From: an uncultured Gemmatimonadales bacterium | Lineage (GTDB): Bacteria > Gemmatimonadota > Gemmatimonadetes > Longimicrobiales > RSA9 | Direction: 5' to 3' | Length of the DNA stretch: 64,000 nucleotides | NCBI GenBank assembly: GCA_963783305.1 | Contig: CAWAMW010000002.1 | Span: forward strand, 768,001 to 832,000 | In this document: positions 28,275 through 38,314 of the stretch, piece by piece | Layout: every line of letters starts with the position of its first letter | Position numbering within the stretch: the first letter of the stretch is position 1 | Position numbers and translations under genes: made by a program | Notes under the pieces: model-generated | The model's input: the letters and a program-made list of their open reading frames with translations, nothing else | Told to the model about the DNA's origin: nothing | Databases searched by the model: none

Positions 28275-29017
28275 ATTCCACCTCCCTCGGTCGATTCCGC
28301 TCTCATGATACGACGGGCGCGCTCCAGACGCTCCGGGTCCCCGATCTCCAGCCAGAGCGAGCCCGTGATGTCATAGGGCACGATCCGATGGCCGGCGCCC
28401 GCCAGGCGCAGGTAGGGCGCCATGATCGAGAAGGCACCCGACTCCGTCACCAGATCGAAGATGTCGGGGCTCAGCACGTGGATGCCGTCGAACGCCCAGT
28501 CCCGCGCTGCCCCGTGGCGTTCCCGCGCCTCATCCATTCGCCCGTCCCGCAGGTCCACCCGCGCCTGCAGTCCCTGCTGATCGAAACGGAGTGCCCGGCT
28601 CGATTCCCGCTGGCTGACGGCGAGCGTTGCCAGCGGGGCCGAGTCGGTGTGAGCCGTGTACATCGCCTGAAGATCGGCGTCGGAGATGACGTCCACGTTG
28701 TGCAGGAAGAAGGGGGCATTCCGCCGGAAGTGCGGGCGGGCGTGCAGCAGGCCCCCCCCGGTCTCCAGGCGATCCACCGGCTCGAGTGAGAGCCGGACGT
28801 CGACACCGAACCCGTTTCGGTCTTCCACGAACGACCGGATCTGATCGGCATGGTGGTGGAGGTTGATGATGAGCCGGTCGGCACCCACAGCGATCAGGCG
28901 ACGCGCGATCCGCTCGATCATGGGCACACCGGCCACCTCCACCAGCGCCTTGGGGGTGTGGTCGGTGACCGGACGCAGGCGTGTACCGAGACCCGCCGCC
29001 AGGATCATGGCATCCAC
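28271..29017 (-). CDS. Sugar-phosphate nucleotidyltransferase, MurU-like
   Basis: AMILAAGLGTRLRP.T..PKALV, LETGGG, WLEIG; coupled to the AmgK-like gene. Confidence 0.88.
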   Translation of the reverse strand: MDAMILAAGLGTRLRPVTDHTPKALVEVAGVPMIERIARRLIAVGADRLIINLHHHADQIRSFVEDRNGFGVDVRLSLEPVDRLETGGGLLHARPHFRRNAPFFLHNVDVISDADLQAMYTAHTDSAPLATLAVSQRESSRALRFDQQGLQARVDLRDGRMDEARERHGAARDWAFDGIHVLSPDIFDLVTESGAFSIMAPYLRLAGAGHRIVPYDITGSLWLEIGDPERLERARRIMRAESTEGGGM

Positions 29018-30522
29018 TATTCCCGCACCTCCGCCTCTACCTCGTCCGGCTCAGGGCGTGGCGGCCAGCTCTCACGCTCCCGGTGCTCCACCTTCACCGC
29101 CACCTCCGGGAAGGTCTCCCGGATGTGCGATGCCAGGCGCTCGGACATGTACACCGAACGATGCTGCCCGCCCGTGCAGCCGAAGGAGATGGTAAGGCTG
29201 CTGAATTCCCGCCGGAGGTATTCCTCGACCTGCGTCTCCACGAGGTGTCGCACACCGCGCCAGAACGAGTGGGCCTCATCCAGGTTCTCCAGGTACCGAA
29301 CCACCGGCTCGTCCAGTCCCGTCTGCGCACGATATTCCTCCTCCCTCCCGGGATTCGGCAGCGCACGGCAGTCGAAAACGTAGCCGCCCCCATGTCCGCC
29401 CTCATCCTGCGGATAGCCCCGCTTGTAGCTGAAGGACGTGATCCGCACGGTCAGCCCCGGCGAGTCGTCTTCCGACTCCGTCTCCGCCCAACGCTCCACG
29501 ATCCGGCCGAACACGGACTCCAGCTCCGGCAGCTCCTGTGGCAGCCCCCGCTCCAGGAGGGAGCGCAGGTTCCTCGCCGCGTACGGCACGCTCTGGAGGA
29601 ACCGCGGCTTTCGCTCGTAGAAGCCCCGGTAGCCGTAGGCACCCAGCGCCTGGAGGATCCGCACGACGACGTAGCCGCGGTAGCGGTTCCGGAACACGTC
29701 GCGGTCGATCTCCACCAGCGGCTCGAGCGAGTCCATGTAATGCTCGAGGAGCTCGTCCCGGAGGGGCTCGGGAATCGCCGCCTTCGCGTCGTAGAGCAGT
29801 GAGGCGACATCGTAGTGGAGGGCTCCGCGCCGGCCGCCCTGGTAGTCGATGAACCACGGCTCGCCCTCCCGCAGCATGATGTTCCGTGACTGGAAGTCGC
29901 GGTACAGGAAGTGGTTGGTATCCGCCTGCAGAAGGAACCAGATCAGCGTACCGAAATCATGCTCGAGCCTCTGCTCGTTGAATGGGATGTGCGCGAGCTT
30001 GAGGAAATGGTACTTGAAGTAGTTCAGGTCCCACCGGATCGACTGCTTGTCGAACGCCGAGCGCGGGTACGCCACGCTGAAGTCGATGCAGCGCCCCCCC
30101 TCGACCTGCAGCCTGGGCAGCTCTTCGAGGACCCGGCGGTAGACCGGCGCCATGGCGCTCGGGAAGGGACCACCCTCCCGGTTTCGCGCCTGCACCAGCG
30201 CGTCGAAAAGCGTCGTGTCCCCCAGGTCCTCCGCCAGCCACACGCCCGCCTCCTCGTCCACATCGTACAGCTCCGGGACGGCGAAGCCCGCCTGCCGCAG
30301 CGACCGCGAGTACGAGAAGAAGGCGCGGTTCTCCTCCGCATCCGGCCCGACCCCGCCGACCGCCGTCTCCATGGCCGGACCGATCAGGCGGAAGTACGTG
30401 CGGCTCGAACCGTCGGCACCGATGTCCACCACCAGCGTCGGTGTGGTGCCAAAATGCCGCTCGAACAGTTTCAGTAAGGGCGTGTGCATCAGACCGTCAG
30501 TATCAGGGTCGTGCCGTGGCAT
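29017..30522 (-). CDS. AmgK-like aminosugar phosphotransferase fused to a RapZ C-terminal domain
   Basis: DGSSRTYFR, EDLGD, YRDFQSRNIM, IDYQG; then ITSFSYKRG, VFDCRALPNP, ISFGCTGGQHRSV; start uncertain (30489 possible). Confidence 0.88.
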   Translation of the reverse strand: MPRHDPDTDGLMHTPLLKLFERHFGTTPTLVVDIGADGSSRTYFRLIGPAMETAVGGVGPDAEENRAFFSYSRSLRQAGFAVPELYDVDEEAGVWLAEDLGDTTLFDALVQARNREGGPFPSAMAPVYRRVLEELPRLQVEGGRCIDFSVAYPRSAFDKQSIRWDLNYFKYHFLKLAHIPFNEQRLEHDFGTLIWFLLQADTNHFLYRDFQSRNIMLREGEPWFIDYQGGRRGALHYDVASLLYDAKAAIPEPLRDELLEHYMDSLEPLVEIDRDVFRNRYRGYVVVRILQALGAYGYRGFYERKPRFLQSVPYAARNLRSLLERGLPQELPELESVFGRIVERWAETESEDDSPGLTVRITSFSYKRGYPQDEGGHGGGYVFDCRALPNPGREEEYRAQTGLDEPVVRYLENLDEAHSFWRGVRHLVETQVEEYLRREFSSLTISFGCTGGQHRSVYMSERLASHIRETFPEVAVKVEHRERESWPPRPEPDEVEAEVRE

Positions 30523-30665
30523 CACAACCGGTGCCGATGACGTCGGCATCCGGTCGCGCGCCGTGTGCTCTCTCTTACACCGGCAGGTGCCATGCCGGCG
30601 GTCGGTTGAAACCGGCACCGGCCGCGCTCGTATGGACATCCGGAGCCAATCACGAGGAGGAAACG

Positions 30666-30896
30666 ATGGAAGAGAGCAAGTCGCTGTTGAGCCGGGTCGT
30701 GAAGTGGATCATCCTCGCGCTGCTGGTCGTCCTGGCGATCAAGATCATCGGTAGCCTGCTGGCGTTCCTGCTCGGGATGGTCGGGATGGCCTTCGGTGTC
30801 GTGGGATTCCTGCTGTTCACGGTCGGGCCGATCGTGCTGATTGGTTGGCTGGCCGTGAAGGCGTGGAAGGCCTTCGCGAAAGAGCCTGCGGTGTAA
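30666..30896 (+). CDS. Small membrane protein (76 aa)
   Basis: GAGGAGG RBS; two long hydrophobic helices. Confidence 0.8.
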   Translation: MEESKSLLSRVVKWIILALLVVLAIKIIGSLLAFLLGMVGMAFGVVGFLLFTVGPIVLIGWLAVKAWKAFAKEPAV

Positions 30897-30919
30897 CGCG
30901 ACAGGCCGACGTGGCCTTC

Positions 30920-30976
30920 CCTCCGGATGAAGAATCGGCGGCCGCGTGAGCGTCCGCCGATTCTACGTTCAGGAGG
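30920..30976. other. Long hairpin (possible terminator or structured RNA)
   Basis: AGAATCGGCGG (30931-41) / CCGCCGATTCT (30954-64) perfect IR, inner CGC-GTGA-GCG, outer CCTCC/GGAGG. Confidence 0.7.
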
Positions 30977-31244
30977 ATAAATCTATGTGTGTCACAGAGA
31001 GGGCTCCGGCAAGCCGGTTGACCCTCCCCGGCCGTCGACCTTCCGCGGACCTGTGGTCCCTTTGTTCAGCGCGTCCTGTGGACGCATACGTGCGGCTCCG
31101 CCGCACCCGTTCAGAAGGCCGTCGTTATGTTCAGCACGACCAAGATGCCGCCACGGCCCGCGCCTGTCAGTCGGGTGGTCGCTGAACCTCCGTCGTCGCG
31201 CTCCCGACGACCGTAAGGGCCCCGGCCGTAGGAGGAACTCCCAC

Positions 31245-32486
31245 CTACGACGGCTGCTCGATCCCGAGCACGAGCCGCACGGTGTCACGCGCTATGAGCA
31301 GCTCCTCGTCCGTGGGAATGACCCAGGCGGCGATCCGTGAGTCCTCTTTCGAGATGCGACCGGCGGTCTGGCCGGTGGTGGATGCGTTCGCGTCGTCGTC
31401 CAGCTCGAGCCCGAGCCACTCCAGCCCCTCCATGATCGATGCGCGGATGATCGGTGCATTCTGTCCGATCCCACCCGTGAACACGATGGCCTCGGCACCC
31501 CCCATGGCCGCGAGATAGGCACCGATGTATTTCCGGGCCCGGTAGGTGAAGATCTCGATCGCCAGCCGAGCACGTCGATCGTAGTTCTCCTGGGCCTCCT
31601 CCAGCAGCTCGCGCATATCGTTTGTGAGGCCAGAGATCCCCAGCAGACCGGACTGCTTGTTCAGCAGGTTCTCCACCCCGCGCAGGTCGAGTCCCTCCTT
31701 CACGGAGATGTAGTCCAGCACGGCGGGGTCGACGTCCCCCGAGCGGGTGCCCATGACGAGCCCCTCCAGCGGGGTGAAGCCCATGGACGTGTCGACACTC
31801 TTGCCGTTCCGGATGGCGCAGGCGGAACATCCGTTGCCGAGGTGAAGAGTGACGATGTTCACATCCGTTCGACCCTTCCCCTCCATCCTCCGGTACCGGT
31901 AGGCCACATACCGGTGCGATGTGCCGTGAAACCCGTACCGTCGGATCTTGTGACGGCGGTACAGCGAGTACGGGATGGCGTACAGGTATGAGGTCTCAGG
32001 GAGGGTGCTGTGGAACGCGGTGTCGAATACGGCGGCCTGGGGGATCTCGCCCAGCGCGTCCTTCACAGCGCGCACACCCGCAAGGTTGTACGGCATGTGC
32101 AGGGGCGCGAGCTCAATGTGGTCATCCAGCACGCTCAGAACGGAGCTGTCCAGCAGCACCGACTCCGAGAACGCTTCCCCGCCATGGACCATCCGGTGCC
32201 CCACCGCCTCGATCTCACTCAGGCTCCGGATGTCCACCCCGCTGTCTTCCGATGTCACCCATTTCAGGATCCAGTCGATGGCCCCCTTGATGTCACGGAT
32301 CGAGGCCGTGGCCCTCCGGCTGCCCTTCGACTCCGACCACAGCGACAGCACCGCCTCGCCCCCGATCCGCTCCACGGTCCCGCTGGCGAGTTTCTCATCA
32401 CGATCCTCGTCGATCCGTTCGGCGTCCGTCCGGATCAGCTGGAACTTCACCGTCGACGATCCAACGTTCAGCACGAGCACGTTCAT
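31245..32486 (-). CDS. ackA: Acetate kinase
   Basis: [53 protein letters not shown]. Confidence 0.97.
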   Translation of the reverse strand: MNVLVLNVGSSTVKFQLIRTDAERIDEDRDEKLASGTVERIGGEAVLSLWSESKGSRRATASIRDIKGAIDWILKWVTSEDSGVDIRSLSEIEAVGHRMVHGGEAFSESVLLDSSVLSVLDDHIELAPLHMPYNLAGVRAVKDALGEIPQAAVFDTAFHSTLPETSYLYAIPYSLYRRHKIRRYGFHGTSHRYVAYRYRRMEGKGRTDVNIVTLHLGNGCSACAIRNGKSVDTSMGFTPLEGLVMGTRSGDVDPAVLDYISVKEGLDLRGVENLLNKQSGLLGISGLTNDMRELLEEAQENYDRRARLAIEIFTYRARKYIGAYLAAMGGAEAIVFTGGIGQNAPIIRASIMEGLEWLGLELDDDANASTTGQTAGRISKEDSRIAAWVIPTDEELLIARDTVRLVLGIEQPS

Positions 32487-32560
32487 ATATGCCTCCTGGT
32501 CGGCGCCGCCTCGCTCGACGGCTGCTGGTCCGTTCACGAGCGCCGGTCCCCGACTCCGTT

Positions 32561-35353
32561 TTACAGGTCGTTCCAGTTCAGCAGCGCGTTCCAGACGAAC
32601 GCGAAGTTCATATAGTTCTGGTGCCGATTCAGAGGGTTGAACCCGAACAGGACCCAGTGTCCCCCGCCTGATGGCACCGACAGCACCGCCGGCTCACCCG
32701 CCAGACGGCTCCCCCCCTGCACCAGGCCGCTCAGCCCGATGTCTCCCTCGCCGTACCTCACTACCACCACCTCGTCTTCGATCTCGTCTTCCACCCGCAG
32801 GTAGGGGCCGAAGCGATGGTGCAGCGCCGGTCCCGCGCCGAATCCGTACGTGAGCGGGTGATCCGCTCGTGCCACCTCCCCGCGCACGAGCGACCCCGGG
32901 ACGAAGAGTCCCTCGGGCGTGTCCGCGACGTGGACATCGCGCACCAGCCCCAGCTCGATCGGGAGCGTGCTCGCCGACCGCAGCGCAACAAAGGTCCCGC
33001 CATCCGCCACGAAATCCCGGATCGCCGCCAGCCCTTCCAGCGTCATCCCCCCGGTCATGTCCTTCGTCTCATCAGGGGCCCCCAGGCTCGGCGCCGCGTC
33101 CGTCGCGCGGTAGGGAAGCGGTCCGTCCGCCGGGTCCAGGCCCTCCAGGATGGCACGACCCGTTCGGCCCTGGTCGGGGAACAGGATAACGTCGAACTTC
33201 CGCCGGAGCCGCCCCAGGTCCACGAGCTCGGTGTCCGCGATGTAGGCGAACGGCACCCCGAAGTGGTCGAGTGTGTAGCGGGCCCACCCTTCTGCCTGGG
33301 TCGAGCCCCAGCTGTGGAGCACCGCGATTCTCGGCAGATCCAGCTCGTGGCGGGGGAGGCCCTCGACAGCCGCCTCCGCGACGCCCACCAGACTCAGCCC
33401 GTATCGGCCCGCCCAGGCCTCCGCGGCCCCGCCCTCCAGGTCACGGCCCCGAATCAGCCACGCACCCGGCGCCACGGTGTCCTCCGCCACCACGGTGCTG
33501 TCCTCCAGCGCCCACACGCGCGTGTCGCCGAGGTCGAGGCGGGCGGACATGGAATACGCCGAAGCGGTCGGCGGAACGAGCCACCACTCGCCCGCGCCCT
33601 CCACAGACCCGCCGAGCGATGGACGGGGCGTCGGCGCCATCGCCATCTGGAGCACGGCCGAATCGGCGATCGGGTAGGCGGTGGCGCCGAACATGAGCGG
33701 GAACGTCCATGCCACATCGTCGTACGGCCGGGGCGCATCGGCCGGAAACTCCTGCTGACGCATCAGGGTGGCAACCAGGTTCCGGTAGGGCTGGTCCATC
33801 CGGATCACATAGTCGCCCGGAGCCACCGCGATGGAGTCCACCTCCCCCTCGTGCACCGCCAGCCGAGCGGAATCCGCGAACGAGTGCAGCTCGATACCCT
33901 GCTGCTCCAGGTTGCGCAGCATGGCCTGCGCATCGCCCTTTCGCGATTGCTCCAGCGGCACGACCCAGGCGAACGGAGCCTCCGCACGACCCCTGCGCAG
34001 GGCGTTCTCCGCCTTGGTCCGGAACTGTCGCAGCAGCCGACTCCGGTTTTGCGCCGTAAGGGAGAGCGCCGTCAGTACCCCCGTCTCCATGTAATTGGTG
34101 TTGTTGCGAAGCGACCAGAGCGTCGTATCGCGGGGTGGGTTCGGGCGGTACCATTCCACCGACGTGGAGCCCTCGTCCAGAGTGCGTTCCCTGGTCCACG
34201 GCACGCTGTTGCCGAACGTCTCGTAGAAGCGGCCGAGGCCGTTGCGGGTGTTCACCGCCCAGATCAGGTACGTGGGGTTCCAACCGTCATAGAAGTTGTG
34301 CGTCCAGACACCGGGGAGCCCCAGGGCCGTGAGCGCGGTCACCTCGTAGTTCGCGAACCAGGTCCATTCTGCGACGGAGATGGGATCGATGTCCGGGTTG
34401 TATGGACCCGTCCCGGTGGAGGTGTACAGGTAGGGCACCGACTCGTGGAGGTCGTGAGCCAGCGGCACGCGCCACTCGTTGATCAGCCCGACGATCTCCT
34501 GCGTGAGGCGAGCGGACAGCTGCAGCCCGTCGCGGTTGTTGTCATGGTAGATGTACTTCCCCCAGTACGGGGGGCCCGGAACATCCCGCGTCGTGTCGGG
34601 GGTGGGATAGTGAAGGCGATACCAGTCGACGACCCGGTTGCGACCATCCGGCTCCGCCACGGGCACGATCATGACCAGCACGCTGTCCCGGATGGCCCGC
34701 AGCTCCGGGGCATCCGAGGCGGCCAGCCGGTATGCCAGCTCCATCACCATCTCGGGTGGCCCCGTCTCCCGGGAATGGAGCCCCGCCGTGATGAGATAGA
34801 CCGCCGGGAGCCGCGCAATGAGCTCCGCGGCGGCGCGTGCATCGGACCGGCGCGGATCCGCCAGCCGACCGTACTCCGCGCGGATGTCGTCCAGGCGCCC
34901 CATCGTGCTCTCGCTGCCCACCTGCACCAACCCGAGCCGGTTCCCCTCCTCCGTCTGCCCCAGCTCCTGGAACCGGACGCGCGGCGTGCTGCCGGCGAGC
35001 GCACGGAAGTAGTCGTGGACCTCGTCGGTCCGGTGCAGCACCCCCGGCTTTCCGATGGGCGCTCCGAAATGGTCGGTGGGTGAAATGATCGAGGGATGAT
35101 CCGGGATGTGGTCCACCAGCGGGGTCGTGTACTCGGGGGCGGTCGTCCAGGAGAGGATCTGCCGCGTCGCCTCCCGCTCCAGTGGCTGTCCCCACGGGGT
35201 GCTGTCCGCCACGACTGCCGTGTGCCAGTCGAACGTCTGGGGCGGCTGCTCGGCGGGCGTCTGCGCGTGGAGCCGGGTTGGGGGCAGCACCGCCGCCGTG
35301 ATGGCCAGGCCGAGCGCCAGGGCCCCATTCCAGCGGCAGCATCCGTTGAGCAT
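32561..35353 (-). CDS. Secreted M14 family zinc carboxypeptidase with C-terminal GATase-like domain
   Basis: Signal peptide, GLHSRETG (HxxE), PDGR, HDNNRD, HDLHE. Confidence 0.88.
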   Translation of the reverse strand: MLNGCCRWNGALALGLAITAAVLPPTRLHAQTPAEQPPQTFDWHTAVVADSTPWGQPLEREATRQILSWTTAPEYTTPLVDHIPDHPSIISPTDHFGAPIGKPGVLHRTDEVHDYFRALAGSTPRVRFQELGQTEEGNRLGLVQVGSESTMGRLDDIRAEYGRLADPRRSDARAAAELIARLPAVYLITAGLHSRETGPPEMVMELAYRLAASDAPELRAIRDSVLVMIVPVAEPDGRNRVVDWYRLHYPTPDTTRDVPGPPYWGKYIYHDNNRDGLQLSARLTQEIVGLINEWRVPLAHDLHESVPYLYTSTGTGPYNPDIDPISVAEWTWFANYEVTALTALGLPGVWTHNFYDGWNPTYLIWAVNTRNGLGRFYETFGNSVPWTRERTLDEGSTSVEWYRPNPPRDTTLWSLRNNTNYMETGVLTALSLTAQNRSRLLRQFRTKAENALRRGRAEAPFAWVVPLEQSRKGDAQAMLRNLEQQGIELHSFADSARLAVHEGEVDSIAVAPGDYVIRMDQPYRNLVATLMRQQEFPADAPRPYDDVAWTFPLMFGATAYPIADSAVLQMAMAPTPRPSLGGSVEGAGEWWLVPPTASAYSMSARLDLGDTRVWALEDSTVVAEDTVAPGAWLIRGRDLEGGAAEAWAGRYGLSLVGVAEAAVEGLPRHELDLPRIAVLHSWGSTQAEGWARYTLDHFGVPFAYIADTELVDLGRLRRKFDVILFPDQGRTGRAILEGLDPADGPLPYRATDAAPSLGAPDETKDMTGGMTLEGLAAIRDFVADGGTFVALRSASTLPIELGLVRDVHVADTPEGLFVPGSLVRGEVARADHPLTYGFGAGPALHHRFGPYLRVEDEIEDEVVVVRYGEGDIGLSGLVQGGSRLAGEPAVLSVPSGGGHWVLFGFNPLNRHQNYMNFAFVWNALLNWNDL

Positions 35354-35527
35354 CGCTACTCCTTGACGAGCGGGTATAGTGGAGGCGCAAGATGCGCCAC
35401 CGGCTCGACGGACGCCAGCCGCCGTCGGCCGGGAAAACGCTTGCCGGCTCCGCAGCTCGCGGGTATCATCACGCTGTCCCCTGCCACCCCCTGCCGGGCT
35501 CCTGCACGCACTCGAACCGGTAGCCCC

Positions 35528-36139
35528 ATGCTCGTACATGGCCGCATGTCGACGGAAGTGATCACCGCCTCCCCCCGAACTACCGTGGCGGAGGCCCTGG
35601 AAGTCATGGGCGCCCATGGGATCCGGCACCTCCCCGTAGTGGATGCCGGGCACCTGGCGGGGATCGTCACGGACCGAGATCTCAGGGAGGCCGCCGCCGA
35701 GGGTGATGTGACGATCGACATGGTGATGACCTCTCCGCCCCTGGTCGTCGCGCCCGACGTCCCCGTGGAGAGCGCGGCCGCATTGCTCTCAGAGCACCGC
35801 ATCGGGTGCCTGCCCGTGGTGGATGGCGAAGAGCTCGTGGGGATCCTCACCGAGTCGGACGTGCTCCGCGCGTTCGTCGAGCTCATGGTGGGCCGCGAGC
35901 CCCACAGCCGAGTGGAGATCCTCGCCCCGGACCGGCCGGGCGAGCTCGCCCGCATCGTCCGGCTCATCGGGATCGATCACGGGATCAACATCACCGGGGT
36001 CGTGGTCCCGCCGTCCCACGGCGGTCAATCGCTGGTGGTGCTGCACCTCGAGACGGGTGACCCGGAAGCGGTTATGGAAAACCTGCGCCGGCTCGGATAC
36101 GAATCCGGCTCTCCCGCGCTCCTCACGCGGCCGATCTAG
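35528..36139 (+). CDS. acuB: CBS-pair + ACT domain protein (AcuB-like)
   Basis: IRHLPVVD..LAGIVTDRDL, IGCLPVVD..LVGILTESD, ACT motif DRPGELA. Confidence 0.85.
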   Translation: MLVHGRMSTEVITASPRTTVAEALEVMGAHGIRHLPVVDAGHLAGIVTDRDLREAAAEGDVTIDMVMTSPPLVVAPDVPVESAAALLSEHRIGCLPVVDGEELVGILTESDVLRAFVELMVGREPHSRVEILAPDRPGELARIVRLIGIDHGINITGVVVPPSHGGQSLVVLHLETGDPEAVMENLRRLGYESGSPALLTRPI

Positions 36140-36150
36140 GGTCGCGCACG

Positions 36151-37323
36151 GTGGAATGCGCCCTGGTGTGGTCGGATGAAATGGCGGGCTACCGCTTCCG
36201 ACCCGGACACCCACTCGACCCGCTCCGCATGGAGCTGACCATCGACCTGATCCGGGCCATGTCCCTCGTGGGCGTGCCGAATCGACCGCTGGTCGCCCCA
36301 CGCCCGGCCACGGATGACGACCTCCTGACGGTTCACCTGCCCGACTACGTGGACGCGGTCCGGCGCGTTTCGAAGGATCCTCACGCACTGGTGAGCCGCC
36401 ATTTTGGGCTCGGGACCGACGACGTGCCGATTGTGGAGAACATGCACGAGATGTCACGAGCGGTGGTCGGCTCGACACTCACGGCGTCCGCGCTGGTGGC
36501 CTCGGGCGAGGCTACCCGGGCCATGGGGCTGGCGGGCGGGCTGCACCACGCCCACGCCGCGGCCGCCTCCGGCTTCTGTGTGTACAACGACCTGGCGGTC
36601 GCCATCCGCTGGCTCCAGCGCGAGCACGGCATGCGGGTGCTCTACATCGACTATGACGCCCACCATGGCGATGGCGTGCAGGACATCTTCTACGATGACC
36701 CCGATGTCATGACGGTCTCCTTCCACGAGAGCGGCCTCTACCTCTTCCCCTCCACCGGGTTCGTGGATGAGCTGGGTGAAGGCGATGGCCATGGAGCCTG
36801 CGCCAACGTCCCCCTCGAGGCCCAGACGGAAGACGCCTCCCTTCTGGCGGCCTTCGACGCACTCCTCCCGGAAGTGGCCGGCGCCTTCGAGCCGGACATC
36901 ATCGTGGTTCAGACCGGCTGCGATGCCCACTATCTGGATCCCCTCACCCACCTCCGGTGCACCACCACCCTGTATGAGGAGCTCATGCGCCGCGTCGTGT
37001 TCCTGGCCGACCGGCACTGCGGCGGTCGCATCGTGGCCACCGGCGGCGGTGGCTACGCGATCCGAGAAGTCGTTCCGCGGGCGTGGGCGCTGACCTGGGC
37101 CGCGCTCTGTGGTGAGGAGGCACCGGACACAATACCGGTGGAGTGGCTCGAGCGGGCCCAGCGCGGCGCACAGGAGCCGCTTTCCCCCACTCTGCGCGAT
37201 CCCCCGGGAGCGGTTCCCGCGGCGCCGCGCAGAGAAGAGGTTGAGCGCGCGAACGAACTCACGGTTCGGGGGCTCAAACGACGGCTCATGCCGCTCATGA
37301 CCGGGTGGGGGCTCGGCTTCTGA
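36151..37323 (+). CDS. acuC: Zn-dependent protein deacetylase (AcuC/HDAC family)
   Basis: GHPLDPLR, GGLHHA, SGFCVYND, IDYDAHHGDG, SFHE..LFP.TG, GCDAH..DPL, TGGGGY. Confidence 0.93.
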   Translation: MECALVWSDEMAGYRFRPGHPLDPLRMELTIDLIRAMSLVGVPNRPLVAPRPATDDDLLTVHLPDYVDAVRRVSKDPHALVSRHFGLGTDDVPIVENMHEMSRAVVGSTLTASALVASGEATRAMGLAGGLHHAHAAAASGFCVYNDLAVAIRWLQREHGMRVLYIDYDAHHGDGVQDIFYDDPDVMTVSFHESGLYLFPSTGFVDELGEGDGHGACANVPLEAQTEDASLLAAFDALLPEVAGAFEPDIIVVQTGCDAHYLDPLTHLRCTTTLYEELMRRVVFLADRHCGGRIVATGGGGYAIREVVPRAWALTWAALCGEEAPDTIPVEWLERAQRGAQEPLSPTLRDPPGAVPAAPRREEVERANELTVRGLKRRLMPLMTGWGLGF

Positions 37324-37327
37324 TCCC

Positions 37328-37834
37328 ATGACGCACCCACCGACGTCCCGGACCGACAAGCAAGGTGGCACGTTTGTGCTCCGCGGCTTCGTGCCGGGCG
37401 ACCGGGAGCGGCTCGAACGAATGTACGACGACTTCGAGCCCAAGCGGATCGCACAGGGGCTGCCGCCCGCGGGCACGGACCAGCGCAGGCGGTGGCTGGA
37501 CACGGTGCTCCGCGCCGGCCATCACCTGATCGTTGAGGTCGATGACACCGTGATGGGTCACGGCATGCTGCTGCCCATCGACTCCGAGGCCGGAGAGCTC
37601 GCCAACTTCCTTCACCAGTCCATCCGCGACCGGGGCATTGGCACCAGCCTCAACCGTGAGCTACTGGATTTCGCCCGTGATATCGGATTGCGCAGAGTGT
37701 GGCTGTCGGTCGAGCCATCGAACCGGCGCGCCGTCCGTTCGTACGAGAAGGCGGGCTTCCGCAGGCGGTTCACCTCGGGCTGGGCGCCCGAGCTCGAGAT
37801 GGAGATCGAGCTGACCCGTGACGCTCCTTCTTGA
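37328..37834 (+). CDS. GNAT family N-acetyltransferase
   Basis: RDRGIGTSL acetyl-CoA motif, [17 protein letters not shown]. Confidence 0.9.
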   Translation: MTHPPTSRTDKQGGTFVLRGFVPGDRERLERMYDDFEPKRIAQGLPPAGTDQRRRWLDTVLRAGHHLIVEVDDTVMGHGMLLPIDSEAGELANFLHQSIRDRGIGTSLNRELLDFARDIGLRRVWLSVEPSNRRAVRSYEKAGFRRRFTSGWAPELEMEIELTRDAPS

Positions 37835-37901
37835 GTCCCGGAACCCTCCCGACGTACCTTACACTCCCCTGAAGCACCCCAACCCGATACCGGAGCCGGT
37901 G

Positions 37902-38231
37902 ATGGCAACGAAGAAAGCAGCCGCGGACAAGGACGAGGCGAAGAAGCCGGCCAAGAAGGCCACCGCCAAGAAGGCCACCGCCAAGAAGGCCACCGCCAAG
38001 AAGTCGACCGCCAAGAAGGCCACGGCCAAGAAGGCCACCTCCAAGAAATCGACTACCAAGAAGGCTCCGGCGGCGAAGAAGACGGCCTCCGCGAAGAAGA
38101 CCTCCTCGAAAAAGGCCAGCACCGAGAAAGCTGTCGAGGGCAGGAAGCCGTCGCCGCGGAAGGCGGCGGCCGCGCCGGAGGGGGCACCGGCGCTGGGCAG
38201 GGAGAAGCTCCGTATGTCGAAGAATCGCTGA
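37902..38231 (+). CDS. Lys/Ala-rich histone-H1-like protein (109 aa)
   Basis: GGAG RBS; KKATA-type pentapeptide repeats; 32 Lys in 109 aa. Confidence 0.8.
   Translation: MATKKAAADKDEAKKPAKKATAKKATAKKATAKKSTAKKATAKKATSKKSTTKKAPAAKKTASAKKTSSKKASTEKAVEGRKPSPRKAAAAPEGAPALGREKLRMSKNR
37953..38057 (+). repeat. Coding 15-bp tandem repeat (AAGAAGGCCACCGCC consensus) x7
   Basis: Encodes KKATA x3, [20 protein letters not shown]. Confidence 0.9.
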
Positions 38232-38244
38232 CTTGCAGTGACCC

Positions 38245-38293
38245 CGACAGGGAGGCCCGCGGCCGTCTGTTTCGTCCGCGGGCCTCTCTGTCG
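38245..38293. terminator. Hairpin between convergent genes, likely bidirectional terminator
   Basis: CGACAGGGAGGCCCGCGG ... CCGCGGGCCTCTCTGTCG; no U-tract. Confidence 0.65.
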
Positions 38294-38314
38294 TCCAGTG
38301 TCCGGGGGTTCGGC

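Noticed and set aside
30985..31185. 66-aa CDS after AGGAGG
   Set aside because: Poor codon bias and Arg/Ser/Pro-rich composition; not called as a gene.
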